The translations under genes were made by a program, and so were the position numbers. A DNA stretch of 64,000 nucleotides from Bugula neritina (lineage: Eukaryota > Animalia > Bryozoa): positions 31,991,504 to 32,055,503 of the forward strand of contig OZ037765.1 of assembly GCA_964035545.1 (NCBI GenBank), read 5' to 3'. This document shows, one piece after another, positions 55,209-64,000 of this stretch. How positions within the stretch are numbered: position 1 is the stretch's first letter; every line of letters starts with the position of its first letter. The notes under the pieces were generated by a model, which saw only the letters and a program-made list of their open reading frames with translations, did not search any database and was not told the DNA's origin.

Positions 55209-55869
55209 ATTATTTTTCAAAAAATAATTTATGTTCAAAGTTGATATTCACCAAATAGTTCAAAGATTTTTTGATCAAAGAATCAACCCGAGGAAATCAT
55301 AAAATTACCAGTTCAAATATTTAATAAGTAAGAATTATAAAACAAATAAACATATTGAATTATAATACTATTGGCCATATGCACAAATCCTAGTTTATGT
55401 TATACGTAGTATATTATGCATATTAAATCTTACTTTGTGATGAAATTTTGTGGTCAGCTTCAAACACATAGTGTTTATATATTGGCATCATATTATTCAA
55501 CCAATAGGATATAATTCAATACCACAATCACAATTTTATGTTAACAGGGGTGAAAATGAAATACATTCAAACTAAAAACTGCAGTATATATTGTACCTTC
55601 ATTTATTTATATATATAAAACTTTCGATTCAACTTTTATTTAATCTAGCAGCTGCCAAAAGTGTAAGCCCTTGATCTAACCCTGATAATTTATCTTCAAC
55701 ATTATCTTCTAAGGTCAAATATTTGACTTTGAACTTTTCAAAGGTAACACTTTGGCATAACAGATTGGTGATTGCAAAGTAAATACTATTATTCACTAAC
55801 AAACTAGTAGTTGTGTAAGTCCCTTCTTCTGTACAATTCAAGTGGCAGAAAACAACATAAAGCTACACA

Positions 55870-58800
55870 ATGTACGATGTGGTAATTGTTGGCGGAGGAA
55901 TAAGTGGTTTATACACTGCGTGGAGGCTGGGTACAACTACCACCCTCAAAGTTTTAGTACTTGAAGCTGATGAAAGGTTTGGAGGCAGATACCTGAGCTG
56001 TAAGATGCCGGGAGGTTACGTGGCAGATCTTGGTGCAATGCGGTGAGTTTAATACATGAGCAGACAACTTTGAATAAGCTATTAAAAGTAATCATGTCCT
56101 AACAGTGTCCTATAAATGTATAGGGTATATTATATTAAAGTTACTTAAGCCCAACTGCCCATAGTCAATTTATTATTTTCATTCCCAGTTTAGGTCAAAA
56201 AGTGGTCTTAAAACACTATATTCACTAAAACATGACATTGCAAAACTCTATACTGCAATAATTTCAAATTTTGGCTGCCAAGGTTACAGTTGGGGGCTTT
56301 GTGTAAAGCCCCCAACTCTTAACTTGAGAACCCACATTACTACACTTGTTCACCCCAACCTGGAGCTACTTAAAGAACAATTCATATACTCGGAGCTGTA
56401 CAAATTTAGTTAAAATTTCTTGTTGCAATATTGTGTTTGACATTTTGGTTTTTATGTAGCATTGCATTATTGTAGTGAATTGTAGATAGACACTTTAGGG
56501 TAGAGTGTAAAAGGCCTAGAGATAATACTATTAGTCTGAGAAGTTTATAAACTAGTCTTAAATTATAAACCTGAACAATTAATTAGCTACAAGATCTGAC
56601 TGAATTTTGAATTATTCTTTGCCATAAAGATTAAAGGGATAACTGGAAAGTTATGCTACTCGAAATGAAGGTAGAGTTTCCAGGTGACATGGTTTATGGT
56701 GCAAGTGGCTATTTATAGCACATTTTTTAAAAATGCAAATGTGGTAAGCTAAATACATAGTTTGCCACGTCTTTATTCTACCACCAACTTATACACCTAT
56801 ATTTATATATTAATTGTTATACAGGTATTTTCCTTTGAGACACAAGATGCTGCATCAACTTATCCAAGCCTTAGGTTTAGACATAGAAAAGCAGGCAAGC
56901 AGTTTAACAGGAAACAACACCAACGGTATTATAGCACATTTCCAAAATACTGCTATTACCAGCTTTGATGACTACGTGAAGCTGTACTCATTAAGTGAGG
57001 GTGATATGCCATATCTAAATCCTGCTAAATACAAGTTCCAGGTTGAGATGCCCGACAATGGAAACATATTTGAGGGAACCATTGGAAAAACTGGCCAGAA
57101 AACTACAGATATGAATCTTCAGCAGTACCTCTCCTATTCCTCAAACATGGCCTTGCTGTCTAGAGGGTTTGACTTGTATGAACTTGCTGCCAACGTCTCT
57201 GACGTGCTGTCTTGGATAAAGCAGTTCCAAGTGGTGGATGACTCAGACCCTTTAAAGGGGCTTCACTCTGTGAAAGGAGGAATGACAACTGTAACAGACG
57301 AGTTGGTGTCAAGGCTGAAAATGTTGAGTAATGTGAGCATGATAACTGGAGCAAAGGTAGTAGAAGTTACTGAAAAGGAGAATTCATTTGATGTCACAAC
57401 AAGTTCTTCTGAAACTCCATTTGAGGGAAAGAAACTGATTCTGGCCTGCAATAAGGGAGGAGTTGATATGATTTCATGGAGAAGTTCAAGTCGTAGGAGT
57501 GTGCAGTTTCAACAGCTCTTTTCAAAGATAAAAACAACCAAAGCAGCTAAAGTATTGTTTACATACAGAGAAGCGTGGTGGGAAAAGGCCGGTTTTGTTT
57601 CGGGTAGAATTACTACCGATTTACCTATTTCGTCAGTTGCAACGTTGGGAGATAAAGCGAAGAATGATGGATACGCTACCTTGCTAGCAGTCTACACATG
57701 CAAGTATACTGAAGTGTTCAAGGGGCTAAATCAGTCTAAATATGAAAGGTTTAAACCTTCTGCTGGAGATGTACCTGATGAGTTTCTGCCCAGCCAGAAG
57801 ATGGTAGACTACATACAAGACCAGCTTTGTAGAGTTTTTGGTGAGTCGACTGTTTTTAATTTACAAGGTATTATGCAAATATATACCACAATTTGCATAA
57901 AACTGGCTCTTAGTTTGAAAAATATTTTGAGTTTTAGGACATTGACCTTCTCAACTTGTTTGCAGTTTAGAGTTATCTACATTTGCTGGCCACAATATTT
58001 GATAAAGGATAATATTTGATATTGAATGTTGGGAGTGTGAGATGATTAACTGTCTTTTAAACTTCTCTTTCTAAAACCAACATTACCCAAAGCAGCATTT
58101 GCAATATAACTTTAAAACCCATTCACTGAATATTTCATGTCACGCCAGCAAGACTTCAACGTTTCTTATTATTTCTTTTAAACTCCTTAAAAAAGTGTTT
58201 GGTATGATTTCTTTTTAATTTACTTTTTTAACAAAATTTTCTAAATGAGTTTGAGGTAGATAAATATTACAGCTAGCTAGTGTTTATAGTACTAGTAACA
58301 AGTGTGTACCTCATAACATATGTATATAATACACACAATGTACACGCTGTAAATTATATATATATATATAGTTTGTATTCCGAGATTCATTTATTCTCAA
58401 AACAGCGCCGCTAATATAATATAGAAAACTGCACTCAATAAATAACTTTCTATAGGTATAAACAGATAACACAAGTGTGTTAACTGTTGTGAATCACTCA
58501 ATCTTCCTTCATTTCTGTAACTGTATATTATATATATTTTGTACACAAATATAATATATTATAATATACTGTATATTATACACAAATATAATATACAATA
58601 TACTGTATATTACGTATGTATATAATAAATCTTCATACTTTTAGGTTTGACGAGTATACCAGCCCCTGTCAGCGCTGCTGTAAAAAACTGGGACTGTGAC
58701 CCGATTTCTGCTCTAAATCTCTCACAAATTGGAGTCGATGCATATCAGCTACAGTTCAAGATGCTGAAACCCTTCCCTGAAGCTCACATCTATATTGCAG

Positions 58801-58955
58801 GAGACGTTTTCTTTTCTTCTACCAAAACGGATGGTTCTTTCTACGGATGGTCAGAAAGTTCTTTGATATCTTCAGAAAGAATATTAGTCAACCATTTTGG
58901 TCTTCAACAATTTTGTACAAGTGTCAACCTTGAAAATGAGTTTCCTGAGAGCTAA
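55870..58955 (+). CDS. Flavin amine oxidase / L-amino-acid oxidase-like protein (3 exons, ~499 aa)
   Basis: Exons 55870-56042, 56825-57840 and 58645-58955 have GT-AG sites and compatible phases (1500 nt). Motifs: DVVIVGGGISG, LEADERFGGR, DLGAMRY, VKGGM, IYIAGD, GWSESSL. Confidence 0.9.
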
Positions 58956-59575
58956 GAAAGTTACATCTATAATTTGCCAATAATTCCGAAATAGGGGCTA
59001 AAAACAATGTAGTTTTATTATATTATTATAATTGTTTTATTTAACACTTTAGATCATTTTTCCAATAACACCTGTTTGCTCTATAGTTGTAGAACTTTTC
59101 AGTTTCCTAGATATACAAAAGTGCAGCCATGAGGTTTAATCTGTTGCTAGCATGCAGTTGCTATGTCATTGAAATTAACAAGAATTTTATGGTTGTGGCA
59201 GATTCCAGAGCTCTGCACACACAAAACATATCTAATCTCTATTGTTTGTTTGCTTCTATATTAAATTTTTAGCAATTATCTACAAATTGATTTATTCAAA
59301 TAACGTACATTGTGTCATTGTGCAACAATGAGACAAATTGATAAGTAATACCTACAGTATACAAGTTTACTTTTATTGTATTGTTTCCAATAAATTTCAG
59401 TCTATTGTTTTCAATTCATCCTTTACATATATTATTTTTTTATAACAAAGACTCACCGCTTTATATTTAATTTACAAAATACCAGTTTGTGGCATGACAA
59501 GTTGTAAATATAATCATACAAAGCACCTCAAACGAGTTCTTCATTCTAATATTTAATATTCAAATCTTATATAGA

Positions 59576-59618
<43 letters not shown>

Positions 59619-60639
59619 CTATAATAACTATTCTTTACAAACTAAATTATTCAATTCATAATAATTACATTTAAAATTAATGGAATAAGAGAGAGGAAAC
59701 ATCCAATGTCAATGTCGAGTAGCATATAGCAACATATTGTATGTTAAATACTGCCAGCACTCATGAAAAACACCAACAGGTTTCAAGTATTCATTATTAA
59801 TAAAGGAGACAACTCCAATATTTATTTCCTGTTAGCTAACTAACAACTCATTAGTTGTTCTTTCCTTTTAATTTCAATGTGATGGTTTTGTTGGACAAAT
59901 AATATGTGCGGAAATTTTGCTATGGCTGTAGCTAAATTATCAAGTATTTCTGAGAAATTTAGCAAACTGCATTGTTAGACTTTTTCATCCACAAAAACTT
60001 GAGCACACAGTTGAAATGCAAGCAATAAGCGACCATTTTCTAGATCCAACTACTGTTTAAGCTGCATGCATGCTGCATACCTTGGTTTACATGCAGCAAT
60101 CAGTAGTCTGGTAGGCTGTAGCCTTGTATCCGTTTTCGTAGAAATAGTAACAATCATTGAACTGAAACTACTATAATTATAGTTCAATGGTAAAAATATA
60201 CTTCATTATATTTAGTGGAGACAACTCTTGCAAAATAAGTAGTCATCTTTTCCTGGATAGTAGCCAAGACAAGCATCGGAAATAAGCTGTGAATTATTAG
60301 TTCCATGCGAATGAGTAATGAGTAGTGAGTGACTGGTAGTCATATGCTTAAAGTTGGTGACTCATCGTAGAATTATGACCAACCGAACAATGAAATAACT
60401 AAGCGGTGAATCACTATTCGGAATTCTCCAAGGTTGCAGGTTCACAAAGATTTAATTTTGCAGCTGCCCGTAGTAAAAGTATGACTATCGGCATTGCTAT
60501 GTCAACGTGGTCGCGAAACACTAACTAGTAACTAACAAATTAATTTAATTTAATTTTAAACGGTCCCCTAGGGCTAGTCCTACTCCTAGTAACTCGACTG
60601 TAATTGTAAGTATTACTCGATTAGTAACGACAAAGCTAG

Positions 60640-61220
60640 TATTTTTATTTACTATTAGTATTAGCAACACCAATACTAATAGTAATACTAATACTAATAG
60701 ACTTATACTAATACTAATAGTTTAATAATACTATTAGTATTACTAATAATATTAATAACAATACTAACAGTAACAGTAATACTAATACTAATACTCAGAG
60801 TCAGTAATAGTAATACTAATAGTAATAGTAGCACTACTAGAGTAATAATGATAGTACTAATAGACATATTAATCTTCGTAGTGATACTGGTACAGTGGTA
60901 CACATAGTTTAAGAGAATCTAAGACTGATATACGTAGAGTTAAAGTATCATATTGAGTTAGTCACATACTCATAATCATACTACTACTCTGACTCATAAT
61001 CATAATGGTACTGGTAGTAAATTTATACTAATCTTTATACTATAACTTATAATATTACTATTAGTAATGCACTATTATGCTCTATTGGTATAAGTTTACT
61101 GTTTAGGTGTAGAAAGTCACTTAAAGCTTGACTGAATATCAAATTTTATACTAATAGTAATAGGAACATTTAACATCTATTGTAATACTAATAGTAATAG
61201 ACTAGTAGTACTACTATAAA
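60640..61220. repeat. Degenerate (TAA/TAC/TAG)n low-complexity tract
   Basis: Repeated TACTAA/TAGTAA/AATAGT motifs. Confidence 0.7.
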
Positions 61221-61339
61221 TATTTGTTTTGATAAAGGATTGTGACTATTAGAAAAGCAGAGCTAATTTTAACAGTGCAAAGAGGTTTTTGTCTTATAGG
61301 ATGGCAATGTAGATAGGTATTTGGTGAGGTCAAGGAGAA

Positions 61340-63654
61340 ATGGTTATGGATGTGAGAGAAATACCACTGTACGATGCCATAGTTGTGAGTCATCTTAAGG
61401 ATAGGAAAGGGGCATTAGAGTTCATAGCACTTTTATGTGACAAATGCTCAGACTTTGAGACTCAAGTTGTTATATCTGATTTGACCGACATAAGGGACCA
61501 GTTCCGTACGTATAATAAGCTGGTTCTTGCTACTCATTCTGGACTAATTGCCTAATAAAACATGGCTGTCATTTGTCAACATTTTACTTGTAGCTGAGAA
61601 AACCAGTTTAGGGATTCTAAAGGAAGCTGTTCAAAATTCTACTTGCATTCTGGTGTATGTATCTAAAAAGTATGATGAAAGTGGATCTCGCTATGGTCAG
61701 TTCAATCATTATGATACTCTTGATAATTATAATACATAGTTGATACTCTTCTGTGTTGTCATTCTACCAAAAGCTTTGACACCCGTATTGAATATTTAAC
61801 ATTATCTTCAAGTATTTTCATAGTAATACTGTCCTCACCAATTTTCTGAAAAAGAAGCAAAATTTCAAACCCGGTTTTGTGAATTTCTCTACTGAAGAAG
61901 GAAAAATCGGTAAAAAGATGTGTGATAATATCAATTAAGTGTATGAAAATGTTTTCTGTGCAAACACCGAGTATGGCAGTGCTGACTTTTGGTGTATTTA
62001 TAGAAAACTTTGTTGATGATTTCTGTCAAAGCTCTGCCATCTTTGACGAAACTAAGCAGGATTGCCTGATTCCCATTTGGGTTGATCACGATCCTTTAAC
62101 TGAGAATGGCCAACTTTCTACTTTACACATTTACACTGGCTGGAGATATTATAAGGTGATCAAAGTTGTCAGTCATCACCTGTCTTGTAATCACCCATCA
62201 TATAGATGATTTTCTAGTAACTTGCAGGTGTACAATTGTGGTTTTGATTAACTCAAATAGACAATGCAATTTAATTAGCTAGCAGATGAAACCTAAGAAA
62301 CCAGGCATTGTTGATCACAGTCATTATTATTTAGATGCATGTTTAAGGATGATTGATTTAATTTATTTTCGGTAATGTTTAAATACATGTAGCAATAACT
62401 TGAGAAATTGTCTTCTACACCTCCACTTTTGGTCTAGTGGCATAGGTTATGTAGATAAGTTCTCGGTTTCTATTGGTAAATGAATTGCTCAAAGGTTTAA
62501 CTCCACTGAAACTAGAGAAGTTAAGGAACACTCTAAAGTTTAAAAAATTTAATAATTTCTTGTTAGATGTCGTTGAGTTATTAAAATATAATATATATCC
62601 CTCAATGTCAACACTGACTATTATAGCATAGTGAAAATTCATGGTATGGATTAACGAAAAAACTTCGCCGATGTGTTAAATATCGACTTGAAAAAGAAAA
62701 GGAAAAGCAGGAGCTGGATAAAATTCGCTCACGAAAAAAGAGACTTAAGTAAGATCTTATTTCACGCTTTATAGGGAAATGAATAAAGCTATTTATTTTG
62801 TGGTCCTAAATAAAGTCTGACATTGAAATACTTGGCAAGTTTTAACACATAGATAAGACCAGGTACTCTTAAAGTATCTTGAAGTGTCTTGAATGGGCAA
62901 GTTTTTCAGATATACATAGGCAAACCATAGTTTGAATGATATTATATGCACATTATTGTATGAGTAGGTGCTGTAAGAAGGCTAACCTCTTTGGTAGTGG
63001 ATTCAATTTAAAAAGTAATGTGCCATCAGTGAAGTTTGAACCCTCAACATCACTCTTATAGTGGTGTGGTAAAAGCCCTTTTCCACTACACCACCCAGGT
63101 CAATCCTGGAAATGGAAAGCTAACCAATGAACTTGCTTTATTTCCTATATCTTGCTATAGCAATTAGCTTATGCAAGTTTATATTGTTCAGAAAAGAAAT
63201 ACAACTAGAAGTAGAGAAAAAAGAAAAGTTAGATGAGATAGCAGAACTAGAAAGGAAGTTGGCAAAGGCTAAAGCTGCAGCCAATGAGATGTCGCCACAT
63301 AGTGCAAGGACACCTGGTGACAGTCTGTCTGAACAGGTGGCTGTCTCTCCCACAGGTGTTACTGTAAACATCAACATTGCCTCAGCAACTTTAAATGAAT
63401 CTGTGAGTGGTGCTTTTAAACAGTTTAATAGCGTTTCCATTTTCATGTTTTCTGTATGATTATGTGATATTCAAAAAGAGTGAAATAGAGTTTTGTCATT
63501 CTATAACTGAGTGCTGTTGCTATAGTGATAGTTGAGTGTGCTGCTTGTAGCAAAATAGGCTAAGTAATGTAGATGGTAAGCACCGCCCTCCATTTCCTTC
63601 ATCCTCTACTTTGTCAGACTGCCAAGCATCTAGTTCAGAGTTTACTGGGTCAAG
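61340..63654 (+). CDS. TIR-domain plus coiled-coil adaptor-like protein (TICAM/TRIF-like), 3'-partial
   Basis: Phase-consistent GT-AG exons 61340-61505, 61594-61695, 62004-62155, 62627-62748, 63192-63402 and 63618-63654. Motifs: YDAIVVSH, FPEKTSLGILKEAVQNSTCILVYVS, DCLIPIW, then a K/E-rich coil. Confidence 0.75.
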
Positions 63655-64000
63655 GTAAGTAATTTCTATTATCACAGAATAAAGTTTTACCATTAGGAAA
63701 TAAATTCGGTGTTAAAATAATATACAGAAGTTGGTGTAAAGTGCCAGCCTATGTCTTGTACTAATAGATGTCTTTTGATAATATTTAAATATTTTAATCC
63801 GGTGATAAAAATAAGATTATTTCATATTTATCTAAACTCAACAACTTGGGTAGAGATTCACTGTGACATTCAGTCGCAAAGTGTGGTGGAAGCAATAAGC
63901 TAATAAACCAGTGAGTTGGGTGTTGACTAGCAGCCTGAGAAAAAACAGTTTTTTTACAATGTTGATATATAAACGCATGGCTAATCAATAATTACAATTA

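Noticed and set aside
63350-63402. RHIM motif in VTVNINIASATL
   Set aside because: It lacks the (I/V)Q(I/V/L)G core within the window.

Overview
AT-rich, microsatellite-laden eukaryotic DNA, most likely from an invertebrate animal (spliceosomal introns, Tc1, Gypsy, MITEs). About 0.1-53.6 kb is a tandem and inverted array of intronless genes for a ~300-aa C2H2 protein with Ikaros-type architecture: three N-terminal fingers matching IKZF F2-F3-F4 (including the CCHC finger), a PLDLS CtBP motif, and an Ikaros/Hunchback-type C-terminal dimerisation finger region. There are 5 long-ORF copies, 2 frameshifted copies, 2 half-genes and 3 promoter-only copies; all 12 share a strongly conserved ~100-bp upstream core. 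A recent ~10-11 kb segmental duplication lies inside the array. The most unexpected element is a perfect 3 x 271-bp tandem repeat (17822-18654) in a (TA)n tract. Each monomer carries a type I hammerhead ribozyme with a palindromic stem III and folds extensively, so it looks like a very young retrozyme (circular-RNA retroelement) insertion; it is absent from the duplicated site. Other mobile DNA: a defective Tc1 with an empty paralogous site, a near-intact Mag-like Gypsy LTR element (tRNA-Ser PBS, 5-bp TSD), Harbinger-like MITEs and a CACTA/CMC-like non-autonomous element. Right of the array are a tRNA-like relic, a 3-exon L-amino-acid-oxidase-like gene and a multi-exon TIR plus coiled-coil (TICAM/TRIF-like) gene that runs off the window. 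Family assignments come from recalled motifs, not database searches.
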